A program made the translations under genes and the position numbers. A stretch of DNA of 63,076 bases, the filler included, from Choristocarpus tenellus KU-1152 (Eukaryota; Protista; Phaeophyceae): NCBI GenBank assembly GCA_964200185.2. It is 9 parts of 9 records of this genome, joined end to end, with 100 filler letters (N's around TTAATTAATTAA, not from the genome) between each part and the next. Parts side by side here need not be neighbours in the genome. Positions count along the whole stretch, not along the records: positions 10,796 to 19,667 come from CAXNAD020004239.1; positions 19,768 to 23,135 come from CAXNAD020020497.1; positions 23,236 to 34,816 come from CAXNAD020002234.1; 6 more parts are not named here. One strand, 5' to 3'. Shown in pieces: positions 11,800 to 26,243 of the stretch (within the stretch, counting starts at the first letter, position 1; every line of letters starts with the position of its first letter). Under the pieces are notes generated by a model. The model worked only from the letters and a program-made list of their open reading frames with translations. It was not told the DNA's origin and did no database searches.

Positions 11800-14300
11800 A
11801 TGACATACACCAGCTAATGCAGCTCCTCTAACTTGCAAGGTGCATTGTCCGCAAAGATGTTTGTGCTGGGCACCATACACTTGTACCAACAGTGTTGGTT
11901 TGTTTCCCTAATGCTTTATCCCTCATCCATGATCTTAAACTTCTCAAGGCGAACTTGCAGGCACATCCACTGGTTTTTCTCCTGTTCGCTTACTTCTGCT
12001 TTCCATCTGCAAGCCCCCCAAACATCAACACCTACGAGAGTTCCTCATTCCTAATGTGCGTAACTGACCCTGTGCACAGTAGTCTACGTCTTCACACATT
12101 TGCCTCCATACTGTCACACACTCTCATCCAGGGACATCTACATTGGGCAGTGAGTGATCATGGTTGTATCTACGAATTCGATGGAGGAGGAATTGTGTTG
12201 GTGAGAGCAAAGGTTCATATGATGGACCCAGCAGCGGGGTTTGTCTGTCACAGAAGCATGTAATAGGGTCTGAAGCACTTAAGCCTTGAGTATCTAAGTG
12301 TTACTTGAAAGCGATATATTGATGGTTCTCTCGCAAAGCACTTGGCTATCCTTACAGAAACAACCCTGTGGTTTTTGAACTCGTCAATTGATCTCAGCGG
12401 CGATACCAGCTTCATTACATGGTACCTCCAAGGTAAACACACTTGCCAGTGTGATTACAGCTCTGGGCCAAAGCTCTCTCCTGCATAAGGTTTGCGACCT
12501 TATTGGGAGGGCAAAGGCACATGATCTCCATCTTCAGAACTAGTCGGCCCAAATGAACAGACCACCTCTACAATCAATGTTGTAGTCCTGGCCGAACTTG
12601 CTTAGGTCTCAGATACAAAGTCCATATCGTCTGCATAAAATGTACTCCACAGGTTCTGCACTCCGTCATTTATGCTCCTGTTTTTTCGTAGCTCCCTTGA
12701 TGACAACAAGGTCCTTCGCAATACTTGGCTCAGTATTGAACTCCTGAAGCGCTTTGCTTAATACTGCAGTGAAGATGTTGAGTAGGATGGGACAAAACAC
12801 ATCCTAGCTAAAGGGCATTGCATCATCTCAAACTAGTTTGCACACTCTCCCTAATCCATGCAGACACATACCCGATTTCGATCACGGAATTGAGTTATGA
12901 CTAAGATACTCTTCCCTGGCATTCCAAATTTGGAAATTTAAGGCATCTCTGCAGTTCCAAGTTACGAAGACAGTCGTCCCCTATATATGGTACACCTTGT
13001 GATGGCGCCAGGTGCTTGGTCAGCGATGATGAGATTGAGGAATTTACTTGGAGCTCGACGCACCTCAACTGTGCACTTCCAAGTGGGTGACTCCCCTATT
13101 GGCCAATCTACGTTTACCATGTGGGTCAAGTTATGAGTTAGGAGAGGGTTCCAGGCTGACATCACCACTCCATTCCATGAACAATCGGAGACAATATTAT
13201 GCTCCAGAGCATTATCTTGCTCGTTCACATAAGGCTTCATACTTCTACGTATTGAGCTACGTAAGGCACTGGCGGAACACTTGAATCTACAAGCTCTACA
13301 ACAGCTAGGCCCACACAGTGGACAAATGACCAGCGTTTTCAAGATAATTCACACAAAAGTCAAAGGTGTAATCACCAAAAGAGTACTGCTGAGGAACACC
13401 TATGTCTACTGCAGCAGCACATACGTAGGTCACATTCAAAAGTCTGCATCCAGCTATATGGTGCATCTTCTGCACACGTCATGGACAGCCTTAAAGACAC
13501 AATCTTGCTCACACTGTCAAAATCAACCTGTCTGCTCACATCGATTGACTGGTATATCCAACTGTAGCAAATATGCTTGGGTTGGGGAAAGTTCAGCAGC
13601 ATATTGTTCAATGAAGCAATGGCATGTGAAACTTGAACTGCAAAAAACCCCATCAAAAGGTTGACAGCTGGGCGAAATCAACACGCCTGTCCAATTGGTA
13701 AGGGCTGGTGCAAGTTGACAATAAGAAGGCATAGTATATCTGAGAAAAAATCTCAAGATAGAATCACCAAGAAATCTTCACACCCTCCCCTCCTATGGGG
13801 ATCAACTGGGGAGCTGGAACTTGAAGTAGAGTTGCTCTATCTCGTGGTGTGGAACCTTCAATATCAACGGAAGAGGACAAAAGTGGAAGGGGAGACATAT
13901 GAGCTGCTCACAACTTGATCGTTCATGATACTATCAGTGCTGCATCTTTGACTCTCAAATACGTATTTGGAAATATGAATATAGTGAGGGAGGGGCAAGG
14001 GGTAACCTTGTTGGATGACCTGATCACACCAAGATCCAACATCTGCAGAGGCCTAACACACACTGTATCTACATACACCATACTTTCGTACATAACGACT
14101 GTTGCAAGCGCATATTCTGTCAGCTAAAGCAAACTTGATACATGTCTGTATGCACCCTATGTACATCAAGGTTAAAAAAAACACATGTATGATGCTGCTG
14201 TGAACTGACATGAAATGAAGCAATCAAAAATAGATAGGTGGCAAGACAATCAGTCAAGAAGACATCTCGTCTAAGTCCTTTGTATCCCCTCTTAAAGTTC
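11800..14300 (-). mobile_element. Decayed LINE (RTE-like) retrotransposon
   Basis: Minus-strand FYADD at 12626-12637 with an upstream CPILLNIF RT segment; many stops and frameshifts; boundaries approximate. Confidence 0.7.
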
Positions 14301-14503
14301 ATAGTGAGTGAACCTCGTACATATTGCCTCTTGTTTGCAGGTGCGGCTTGTGGAGGTGGTGGAAGAAGCAAGTGCAATAAAGATCTTCATCAGAGTCATC
14401 ACTTGCTCAAAGTTAAAACTCATATGTAGAGTATGAAATAAACGATCACCTACTCCAAAGTATTAGACTGGGAGTTCACAGCCTCACACGTTGGTGACTC
14501 AAG

Positions 14504-14713
14504 TCATGCCATACTTTGGGCAGCTGACTCATTTCATGATCTCACCAAGTAGTGCAAGTTATAAAACGACTACCCTACTGAACCACTTCCTATGGGGCTA
14601 ACAATTGTATCAGTACAAAAAGAGAAGCAAGATATATTATATAGTATTGTGACATTTTAGCAGCATTGCTGGTTCAGACCATATAATGAGTCAGCTGCCT
14701 TAGTATAGCATGA
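14504..14713. mobile_element. ~210-bp MITE-like element with ~40-bp terminal inverted repeats
   Basis: tcatgccatactttgggcagctgactcatt versus the reverse complement of aatgagtcagctgccttagtatagcatga. Confidence 0.6.
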
Positions 14714-14780
14714 TACAATTCAGTGCAAGTATAGCAACAAGTATGAGCTGGTGATGGCTCCAGCAATGACCTTCTTTGAC

Positions 14781-15476
14781 CTACACATTTTCCCCCTTTA
14801 TCAGCTTCTGTTCCCTCGGAAACAGCCATCCCTCCACCTGTTCATTGACCTCTAAGGATGTACAAAAAATATGCATACCACTAGCCGCCACAACTGTGAG
14901 ATACGAAGACACAGGCACAAAACGAAAATTGACCTTTCCAACATAATATTCCACCCAATCTTCCATTAGTATTTCTCGCACAAATACATCTGCCATACGA
15001 CACAGAATTGACTTTGTCATTGAACGACCTAGCTCAAGGTCACTGTTCTGGGTTAGGGTTGGAAATATATTGATATCATAAACAACAGAATAAGTTGGCG
15101 AATACAAAAAAAAAATGCAACAAACACGGCTCCAAACCTCAAAACTTACGCAAACTCGCATACCCATCTGAGGTTGGTTCTGCCTCACCATCTTGGGTTC
15201 CTGCCTGGCCTTGTCATCATTCGTCTTTGATGCATATTCCTCAGCCAGAACACAGTCCACTCCCGTGCTCAATGCTGCACTCACACACCTCTCTACCACA
15301 GAGGTACCCCCCTCGCCACTTATTGGTGCACTAATACCCCCCTTGCCCACTGACAGCGGGGATGAGGACGAAGAAGTGGATATTGTGGACGATGACCTTA
15401 GAGAGGGACTGAGGGTGTCCATCTTCTGGGTGACCTCAGTCAAGAGTTCAGACTTCTTCACCTGTGAAGGTAACAA
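14781..15476 (-). pseudogene. Unidentified coding-like remnant (Ser-rich segment plus downstream block)
   Basis: 231-aa ORF in the track; flanking frames are broken by stops; no family recognised. Confidence 0.3.
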
Positions 15477-17581
15477 GTGTGTGACGATATCCGGTTCACA
15501 CTTGCAGCTATGAAAAGGTGGTTGAAGGGACCGACACTGAGATTATACCAGCTTTATCAAACACATTGAGTCCAGGCATTGAGCACTACCTGAAGGGAGG
15601 TGGTGGAGGGGAGGGCGAGGATGTTCGGAGCACCTACTCATTCATAGCACACTTGAAGATGAAATAATAACACCAGCTACAAAGCACTCCAGCAAAAAGT
15701 AATATTCTCAATTTTATTGGGGTTGGTTATATGAACAAAAAAAGTATTATCCCATTCACCAAGGTCGCCCAACTCATGCCGTTGGAAGGGTTACCACTGT
15801 GCTGCATACAGCCCAAGAATAGCTATGTCATATAGGATTTGCAATTCAAAATGTACTCCTATCGCATCAGAAAAAATGACACCGAATTTCTTATTTTAAC
15901 ACCTCAAACATGTTTCAGCAGAATCAATAACGACAACCTAGAAGATAAAATACAGGATATCATGGATAGTTTCTACAGGAACAATATATTCACAACTTCG
16001 GTACTTCTGCTCTTAAAATTCTCTGGAGTATACTCAATCGACAACTTCAGGGTATATCCAACTCATGCCACCACAGGTCTTTGACCAGAACCGGCCCATA
16101 AGTTGAACTGTGATATATCAAGAATATCAGAACTGTACCCATGACAACTCATCCAACACCTGGCTCACAAATAATGCAGGACCTTACCTGACTGGGCCTT
16201 AGCTAGCAACAGACTCGCCAACCCACAAAAAACCACAAACCAAACCACATCTTGGTCTCAACTCAGATTCATAGGACAACACCAGCCATGGAAGCAATTA
16301 CATGGACCTTCTACTCAGTTCATTGTTCAGCTCCCATGAGCGCATTGAAGTATCCTCAGGTATTGATCTCCATTCCCCCACATTCAATTCCACCGTCCCA
16401 TTCGCCACACAAATACCTCCATCATATCAGTTAGACTGTGAAGCAAAGCTCCCAAGGCTGACCGGTATAAGAAGCCCCACTCCCTAGTCTCTTTCCCTGC
16501 CTCTTGTAGGACCTGTCGGGAAACATTTGTGGGTATTATAGCATCCACATTAGGCCACGAATAGACAGGGAAGTGGATAGGTTATCACATATAAACAAGA
16601 AATTTTGAGCGGGTTTAGGGGAAGAGTTAGCGAGCATTCTGGGAGGAGGGTTGTGCACACAAACACATGCATATCAAGCTGCACACGGAAAAATCATTAC
16701 ATTGATTTCATCCTGTCCTGAGGTTGTGGTTATCATATCACATTCGAAATACTAAAATATCGTAGTATTTCTTTGATTATAGATTCCTGGTCCTGTGTTC
16801 GGACAGTAAGAATCAACTTTGGTTTGAAAAAGAGACTATGAACTGAAGAGTGAGGGATGTGTACCAACGTACACCTCGCACCCACCCCCCTTCACTACAG
16901 ATGACTCCATGAAGTGTTTCGTATTGCTTATAGCTTCTTGGTAAGAGTTGGATTGTTGGAACAAGACCTGAATATAGGACTTTGGACACCAACAATTGAG
17001 TATTGGAAATGCTGGGGGTGTTGAGGGAATTGAGATCTTAGAAACACAATTCGAGATAGTAGGTGATGCTATCAGCGTGTTCATTGCAAAAAGTGGGTTG
17101 GTTCTTGGCAAAGCTATTGCAGAACAAGTCGGGCAATACCACACAAGATCACCACACTCTATACCATCGAAACTCTGTTATTATGTATAGCACCAGCTCC
17201 AATCACCTATCATATAGCTCACCCCTCAATAACCATCTGTGTATGTTACACCAAGGGTGACCTTAAACAAAAACCACCAGGGTATGCAATACCAGTAGTA
17301 AAAAACTCTGAGAGCATCTGTATGAATCGTGCCAAAGGTGAGCCTCCAGATCTTACTATCATGTACAAGTATTAGGTTCATCGGACAACTCAAGGCAGTC
17401 ATGAGCCTACCAGTAAGTAAATTAGCACTAAAAAGAAAGAGTGATTAAGAAAACAGTTTCATTCCAAAATTCATTCCAAATCCCTACCATCAGCGGAACA
17501 GGCTTATTCAAGACCTGAAGAGGAAATGGTACTGTGGTAAAGAATCTTCCGTACATTTGGACAACAACATTAACTCCATAC

Positions 17582-17705
17582 TACATAGTGCTCTGGAATA
17601 TTACATAGTGCTCTGGAATATTACATAGTGCTCTGGAATATTACATAGTGCTCTGGAATATTACATAGTGCTCTGGAATATTACATAGTGCTCTGGAATA
17701 TTACA
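17582..17705. repeat. Minisatellite, 6 perfect copies of the 20-bp unit TACATAGTGCTCTGGAATAT
   Basis: Directly visible, no spacers between units. Confidence 0.97.
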
Positions 17706-19767
17706 CAGCACCGCCAGGAAAGAACAGATATACCTCAGGTTTCACAAGCAGCTGCCCTTCTGACCAAGAGGGAATTGTATGCTAAATGAGGAGCATAGCA
17801 GGACTTTTCATTTTGGTTCACGGCATGAAGAACAAACATATCAGACATCTGCATATTTCGGACACCCCTACAACATCAAATGAAGACTTCTAGCATCACC
17901 TTTCCTGCTGCGCACCTATATGGAGAAGGTTTGCTTCCTCACACAGTAACACTGAGAGGCAGGCATACGTGTTTTGTGTTCTAATTAACGGTAACTTCAA
18001 GGGGGGGGGGGGGGGTTAACCCCTGTGCAATACGCCCTATTCTTACGTCCTAAGTGCACAATTGAAGCCCCAAAAGAGGAAACAGTCACTGCATAAGAAA
18101 GGCCAACAAAAAAAATCCCACAATCAATCATGTGCACACGTCGTAATGTTTTTAATATCGACGATTTCTTACCAATTCCGGGGATCCATGCGCAGATCTC
18201 TTGACTAGTATGACTCACACTGTGGTTGCAAGCAAGTAATAATAAAAACAATATACTACGTTCAGATATCTAGAATACTTCTTAAAAGAACATTCAATAC
18301 AGAGAACGACTCAAACAACGTAACACCACCACTACCAGAAAATTACTACTCATAAAAATAGTGCTGCTTTAACTTGAAACTCCAGCCATGTTCTTGTCAA
18401 GATATTGCCTACTTCAAGTACAAGACAAGATGACATCCAGATGCAGTGGTATCCAACCCGCCCTAGCACAATGTGTCCCAAAACACCTCCGCCAGAGGCC
18501 AGGGGTATGCAAAGTACTCAGAGCATCATACTTTGTGTATGTATGTTACTTAAATTACATAGCCTGTACTCTGGAGTACACACAAGATGGCATCAAACTG
18601 CCTGTGAACCCCAGACCCGACAAGCCAACACAAAAGCAGTGCAATAGTATGCCATGCATCGGACAGACTCTAGACGATTTCTGTGCACTGCATGCCATCA
18701 TGTTTTGCATACCCCAATACCATGCAATGGGATGTAGCAATTATACCCACCTCAAAGTACTACAGTGTCACCAAAAAAAACAGCAGAGCGACACTGGAGG
18801 GCAATTTCATTACTCAAAGCGCCTGCTGCCATGTGTGGCATTGAACCTACATAGTGCAAATACATTTTCTGCATTCCTATCGTGTTCATAGCCTTGACCC
18901 TCACTATAGTCTCAATATCGTTTTTGCCCCTTGCTCAATATCATCTGCAAATCGTATCCCCCTGATCTCTCCTCCCCCCTCCCCTCCTGACCCCTTCACC
19001 CAGATCTTGCCTGTAATATCAATACTACAATAATTGAATATTTCTCCTACTCAAGTAATCGATAGTTCCAAGTATGTCTCACCTTCACTGCTTGGTTTAC
19101 CGCAGGTTTAATCTGCCCATCTCTGATGGTGCACCACTCATCGAGCCCCAGTAACTGATCCTGTTTTTGCAGTAATAAAAAAAAGTGATGTCATGATTAA
19201 ACCTTTCCGTTTGACAAGAACAGTTCACTTCTCTAATCCCTGATCCAAATCATGCCATGATACATGGGGGATGTTTGGCATAGAAACAAAAAATCAACAT
19301 CAACCACAATATACCAACACTGATATGAGCAGCTTCAATAATCGTCTTCATACAAAAAAATTCTAGATCTCTAGTGTGGTGAAATGTATTGATTCAATTA
19401 CATCCAAGTAAGAATTTCATTCAAACGCCTTCAACGTATGTTTAGAGAACCAAAATGAGCGCTCATGAGGAAAAATCAGTAGAACTCCGAGCAGACATTT
19501 CAAATGAAAACGACACATCCAATCGAGTCTATAAAACCTCGATTTTTATTGTTGAAATACGTTAGTTTTGGTGGCTAAAAAAAGGGAGGGGGGGGGGGGG
19601 GGGGGGGGGGGGGGTGGGGGGGGGGGAAAAAAAGAGTAGGGGGGGTGATTTTTTTTTTTATATAATANNNNNNNNNNNNNNNNNNNNNNNNNNNNNNNNN
19701 NNNNNNNNNNNTTAATTAATTAANNNNNNNNNNNNNNNNNNNNNNNNNNNNNNNNNNNNNNNNNNNN

Positions 19768-22700
19768 TTCACTTGTCCGCACCATGCTTTCGATGGGGGC
19801 TGATGGCTCTGCTGATGGACCGGGGGGGGGGTTGGACAATCCTTTTTCTTCACTGGGACTTAGTGCTCTTGGAGCATTAGGGGCCCTGGGTGGGGTGGGG
19901 GGTGGGGGTAGCTTACTGGGTGCCTCAGGGGGTGGGGGTGGAGGGGAGTTTATCCTGCTCAATGACTTTGTTCGGCAGCTTATACAGTCAGGCAATGCAT
20001 CTATGGTAAGACCTGTGAAAGAACCTTGCAATCACCGCGCTCCTCGCCAATAAATACATTATTTTCAGCTGCTAGCTATAATTGTATTAGGGCCTTTCTT
20101 TTGATGTGGTATTGTCACCCCAAATATAACTTTTGATAATGTAATATGAAGTCTTGTGAAGAGGATGATTTTTGGTGGTGGTGTGAGAGAAGCATGCCTC
20201 TCTCTCTCTCTCTCTCTCTCTCTGCAGTTGGGGATGGGGGGAGGTGTCTTTATCTCGTACTGTGTAGTATTCAATTGTACTTCAGTTATTTGGGTTTGTA
20301 CGTTTCATTGCTGTGTTGTAAGTCTCGTAAGAGTCGTCAAGTGAAAGGATAGGACAGGTACATGGGGAAGCGGATAAGCATAGAGCTGTAGTAGTACAAT
20401 GAAAGAGTGGTCTGGTGGGTGATACAAAAGAAAAGAGACAGATAGTCTTAGTTGATTCCTGTGGTCATGTTAGATTGCCTTTAAAAAGCTTGTGTGATCA
20501 AGCTGTGGTGTCCAACTGGACAATTCAGCTCTTGCCCTAAAGTGATTTCCTGTTTCAAAGGCTGTTGGCACCTCTGTTCCTCTCCTAAACCTGATTCACC
20601 CAGACTCATGAACCCTTCCAAGGGCTTCCCCCCACCCCGCCCCCTGCCTTTTCCACGAACATTTAGAGTGATGCCAATATTGATGGGGAAAGGGTAGGTT
20701 GCAAGGAGTATGTGTCGTGTTGGCCCAATCTGATATCAAGGCTGTCCTAATGGTATACATGTCGCTCCTTGCAGAATGTTCCCGAATCCACAATCTTGTT
20801 ACTATTGAAATTTATATCAGCATGTGCATCTACCTCGCCACTCCTGAAACCTCCCCCTATGCCGTGTGCCTGCTTCCTTTCCATACCTCTTGTCTTGTGC
20901 ATGCGGCATGCCTACAGCTTCGCCATCTGCTGGAGGGAGGCGCTAGCCCCAATAGGCCGCTTGCCCCTGGCCAAACTCCCCTCACGGCAGCAGCAGGGCA
21001 TGCATCGGGCCCCACAACAGCCCTGGAGATGACCAGGGTCCTGCTGAATGGGGGGGCTGATGTTTCGTTCTGTGGTCCACAAGGCACAGCAATGCATGCC
21101 GCTGCCTCTGCGGGCTATGGCGAGGTGGTCTCTGCTCTGCTGGAGGTGTGTGTGGACTCTGTCCCTTTCTTGCTTGTGTGTGGATGTGTGACTCATCACC
21201 ATCTGTGGTCATATGGTATGTTGGAAGAGACAGATAAGAGAAGGGAGATTGCCCTGAGGAGGTGGACTTAGTTGCCTTGAGACTGCTAAAAATGCTCTAG
21301 GGGAAGGCATGCTGAGGTTTTTGTTTTGGTTTGGAGTATTGAGGTAGGTGCTTGGAACCTCCAGCACCCTGCCCTATCTTGTTGCTGAGGATTTGCTGAA
21401 GTTAATTTCTAGGTGGGCAGGAATTTTGCAACTGAGGTAAATGTGCCTATTCACTTGCTGTCTCTGATTAGAACTTGTATGCGCTTCTCTTCAAACCATG
21501 CTCCTTGCAGTTCTCTTTTTGAACCATTTTTCCAACCCTTCAATGCACCTGAGGTTCAGTACATGACCAAGGGATCTCAACCAATAGGCTAAGAACTTGT
21601 TTGGGCTTATGTGGGTGATAAAGCCTCCGGCTCTAACAGCATTGCTGCTTTTTTGTATCAGCGTTTACATTGTCAATGAATAGTCCCCACTAATTCTCCA
21701 GTTGCTTGGACAATCAGCCCTTCATAACAGCAGGTCTGCAAAGTACACCAAAAATCTTTCAAAATTGTATATTCCAAGGCTTGTATCATGGAAGTGACTT
21801 CTTTGGAGAAATAGTGCGGTCACTGATGACTAGTAGCCACCTATCCTTGTCCTCATGTGTTGGGAGCTTCGTTATTGGATTGATATGATTCTCGCTCACT
21901 GGTATTGCCATATCTCATTGATCCTAGCACAACCTTCAGCATGCGCAGAGCTTAAGAGACAATTGCTAGGCCGATCCTGTCTTTGCTCAGATACTGTTTT
22001 ACTTTGAAAGTGGCCATTGCCCTTACTGCCACAAGTATGACTAGGACAACCAGTTTTTTTCCCCAGCACGAAGCCTTACTGCCATGCCCCCTTTCCCCTA
22101 GTGCTATCAATGAAGGTCACTGACTTGCCACCCCCCCTCCCTCCCCCACACACATCCCCATTTGATTCCCCACATGATACGGGATATGGGTACTTGATAG
22201 GCCGGGGTGGACCCCAATGCAACAGATAGTCAGGGGTGTACTGCTCTTGAGGTTTGCACAGAGGAGGCAGTGATGCTCATCATTACCCAACATTTGGAGG
22301 GGATGTCTGGGACAGCAGGAAGTCAGGGGGATGGGGTAGAGGACGAGGATGGCGATGAAGATGGGGTAGAGGATGAGGACGAGCTGAAAGGAGAAGGTGG
22401 AGTGGAACATGGTGATGGCAGTCGCCTCAGTCTCCATGGTGGAGGTTCACGAGGGAATGGAGAAGGCATCGTTCTTGCTGTGGGAGATGCACATGGAGTT
22501 GCAGCTAGTGATGTTGCCTCCTCAGGCACTGCTGATCCTTATCCTTCCCCTAGTCTTGAACCAGTTCCTGTTGCAGGTGTTACTGCTGCTACATCTTCTG
22601 TATCCCTCAGTAATTCTTTGGAAGATGGTGGAAGGGGGGCAGGAGCTCTTGGGAGTAGAAAGACGGCAGTGGGCAGCCCCATCATGGGGCCATCCTCAGG

Positions 22701-23135
22701 AGATGGAGAGGCAAAGACAGATACTGTTCAGTTGCATCTCCCGGATGACAGGGAGGAACTGGTGAGAGGAATCTTTCGTTGCCTCTGATCTTAGTGCTGT
22801 ATTTTTTTCATTTTTTTTTAAATCTGGTCCGAGTGTGTTACATTTTACTTTTTTAAATCCCTTCGTGCACCAGACTTTCAATTGGTTGACTGTAATTTTT
22901 TTGGTACTGTACTGGGGAGTGAAAAATCGAGACTCAGATCCATTACTGTTGCTTGGTACCATGTGCACAACCTCCCCCATTCATCCATGTTGACTCTGAT
23001 TGCTCCTACCAGGTCTGTGTCCTGTTGCGGGTCTTGAGCTGTGGCTTCATGTCCAATACTGCAGCAGTGCAAGGACTCACTGCTGCTTTTGCACCGCCTC
23101 CCAATGCCCCAGCTGGTGGCGGGGGTGGAGCAGGG
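19768..23135 (+). CDS. Ankyrin-repeat protein, internal exons 19768-20005, 20918-21145, 22201-22761, 23013-23135
   Basis: Phase-0 GT-AG junctions. LRHLLEGGASPN..GQTPLTAAA, VLLNGGADVS..GTAMHAAASAGYGEVVSALLE|AGVDPNATDSQGCTAL. Confidence 0.88.
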
Positions 23136-24139
23136 NNNNNNNNNNNNNNNNNNNNNNNNNNNNNNNNNNNNNNNNNNNNTTAATTAATTAANNNNNNNNN
23201 NNNNNNNNNNNNNNNNNNNNNNNNNNNNNNNNNNNAGCTCCTTTTTGTGGTATACAATCAAGTACTTACATACAAAGGGGGGAATGACTTCGATGTGGAG
23301 CACACAGGGGTAAGGAAGAGGCAGGTTGTCTGGTGAGCTTGAAAACGCGCGGAAGGTAGACATGGAGACCTCTTCTGTGACTGATAAAATTGTGATGGAT
23401 GGGGATTAATAATAATGAAAAGAGCTGACCCTAACCAGAACTTCGTCAAGGGTTCCAAATTTTCTTTCAGAAATGAATCTCATCATCATCTTCAAAAGTT
23501 ATGGACAACACGGCACATACTTCTGGCACAGAGGTAGTATATATATTTGTGGGGCATCCTGTATTCAAGTGGTTTGATGTCTTTTGTGTGGTTACTCCTG
23601 AGAGTGTGTGCTAATTTTTTGTTTTAGTCAACGCCTCTTGCTCTCACACCTGCAACACACTTGGTTTCTTTCACCTTGGGAGGCATATTTTCTGCATTGT
23701 TTGGTACTGTGCTTGTGTCAAAGAGGTGGTAGGTGGTATCACCGTACATATGTTGTACTTTGAGCACTTTTGTACCTACAGAGATAATTTTCTATTTTAA
23801 AGTATACTGTAGATGCATTATGTTGCAAATAGGGGATGAGATGTTACAGGGTGGTGTTGGTAGGTTGAGAAGTTATAGTGAAGGAAAAGACCTTTTTTGA
23901 ATTTTAGCACATACAACAAGACATCAGTAAGCAATACACACGAAAAGCCTTTCTCCATCATACAAACCCATTGCGTCAACTCAATACCCTCTTGTATTCT
24001 GGCAGTCCCCAATTTCTTATCAAGGCGATGTCTGGTTTATGTGTGGCACATTGGAACCCCCCGAAGTCGTTGGTTCCTCTGAGCATGACCAATCATCATC
24101 CCTCCCTCCCTCCCTCCCTGTCAATCTATGTGTTTGAAG

Positions 24140-26243
24140 GTGATCCCAGTTGAGGTACATTCGGCGTCCAAAGGTTTTCTGAACCTATCATTGGGTCTCA
24201 ATCAAGGGGATGATCCACAAGTAGTTGCGGAAGACTTTTGTGGCCTTCATGACTTGGGCCATGAGTGAGTTCCTTTCTTGCCAAGTGTATGTACATGTTT
24301 TTTTTGTATATTGATTAGGATTGGGGAAGGTAGTGGACAGGTTTTCTATTACTTGGAAAGGGTTAGAGTAAACGAGAGAGGTACCCAGGTTTTGAACTTT
24401 TTGCATTTTAAGCAGTTTTTCAATCTTACCCAATTCGCCCATATTTTATATTGTATCGATGATTTGTATGGATGAAGTGCTACGTGTTTGACTTGAGAAA
24501 ATTGATTTATCTATTGCTTAAAAAATTTCGAAACAGTTTCAAAACATCCCTACAAACGTTTGTAAAAAACATGGATGAATGTTTCACATGTTTGTCGATA
24601 TCCTTAAAAAATACAACTCTGGGTACCTCTCATTTGACTCTTCTTTTTTTTCATCAATGCCATATTTTTTTTAATTTCCTTCAGTTATATTATTTTTTGT
24701 GTCCGATAGACAGACACACTGTTGAGGGAGGGGTGTAATAGACTTACACCTACTTTTGTGGGTTGTAGGACTTGCAAGCCCCACTCTTTATGATCTCTAG
24801 TTTGTATCATGTTATCATGTTACACTTGAGTGTGTGTCTACTTCTCGTGAAAGACTATATTTATATATATATATTTATATATATATATTTATTCAATTCT
24901 GAAGTTTTATTCTTGAAGGAGGAAGTCCCTTCCGTGACAGAATCTTTTTACTCTCATTTGGTAGTTCGACTGTAAGTGAAGTATACTGCCAGGTGATGAG
25001 TTGGCGGTGAGCAACAAGGAATTACAATGATGTTAGAGTGACGACTGATAACTCGTTGGTTGGTTCTAGTGGAGCACTGTTTGGGAGTCGTTCTTGCAGA
25101 CTGGTTGGTATGTAGATAATGTAGGTTTTGAAATACAGAGAAGACTATATTACTGTTTGATAGTTTTGAAGGTGATGCTTCGACTTTAATCCTTTAGGGT
25201 ATACATACCTTTTTTGGAACTGTTTTTGAGAACATTCTAAACGGGGTGAACATTGCTTTTGTGCTTCAGAGACCATGCTTTGAGTTGTAGATGGTACCAG
25301 GTGTTGAAAATTCTTAGAATAGTAACAAATAGTACGCTATCCCTGGACCCCTTCAAAATTGTGTCTAAAGTTTTCTAGACAGTGTTTGAAATGGTGTTTT
25401 TTTATATTTCATTTTAATGTAATTACAACAATCAACGGCATATAATATTATTTAAGTTTTTTTGAGGACGACAGATCATTTTTTCCAAGACCCAAAAATA
25501 CGCAAATCTGTTCCTTTACGAAAAATATTTCAGCAGGTCATTTCCTCCGCACTATGTAAAGTATATATACATACAGGCTTGTTTGAAAAACAGACACCCA
25601 ACATTTTGTCTTCCATTTTTTGAAAAAATAACTGTAAAATAAAAAAACCAATTTTAAATGTGTAAAATAGAGAAAGTATTATGATCTAAATGATAGAATG
25701 ATTTGTGCTGTGGGAAATGAAGTTACCTAACCTGGCATTTCACCCTCAACACAGAGCTAAAGCTAAAAAGCTGGAATAGTAGTAATATGTGATGTTTGTA
25801 GCACTTCCAAGGATACTTTAAAAAATCTCCACTTGACAAATGCATATAAAGGTCTTCTCTGGAGTTACAATGATGTTTATCTTGTTTGGTCTACAATTCT
25901 GAACATCATGTGAGGAATATTTGAATACTACCATGGCAGTGTTGCTTTAAACTGCTTGAACTTTATTTTAACTCAAGCACGTGAAACCATTTTGATGTAT
26001 ACTTGGTTTCAACGATGTGTTTGAGTTGGAAAAGCTTGCATATCTACCCTATCCCGGTATACAAAGCATATTGTAAAATGACCTACTTCCTCTCCATTCC
26101 CAAAAGAAAGCTAAAGTCTGTCCGTCCCCATGTTACGCCTTTTATTCCATGATTTTGAACTGGAACCCTCCTACCTCAGGTATCGGACACAGATAGCAGA
26201 ATTTGTGTCAATGATGGCCACTTTGAAGGAGCCAAATATTTGA
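24140..26243 (+). CDS. Last two exons (24140-24264, 26180-26243) of a protein ending in a PFU-like ubiquitin-binding domain
   Basis: Spliced product VIPVEVHSASKGFLNLSLGLNQGDDPQVVAEDFCGLHDLGHE|YRTQIAEFVSMMATLKEPNI*; intron phase is consistent; resembles the Doa1/PLAA PFU consensus. Confidence 0.7.
24366..24640 (+). mobile_element. MITE family B copy (degenerate)
   Basis: gagtaaacgagagaggtaccc...gggtacctctcatttgactc; internally similar to 43240-43497. Confidence 0.75.

Noticed and set aside
17582-17705. Possible CRISPR array
   Set aside because: The repeats are contiguous with no spacers, no cas genes are present, and the context is eukaryotic.
18016-18030. TTAACCCCT resembling a piggyBac end
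   Set aside because: No matching opposite end or transposase was found.
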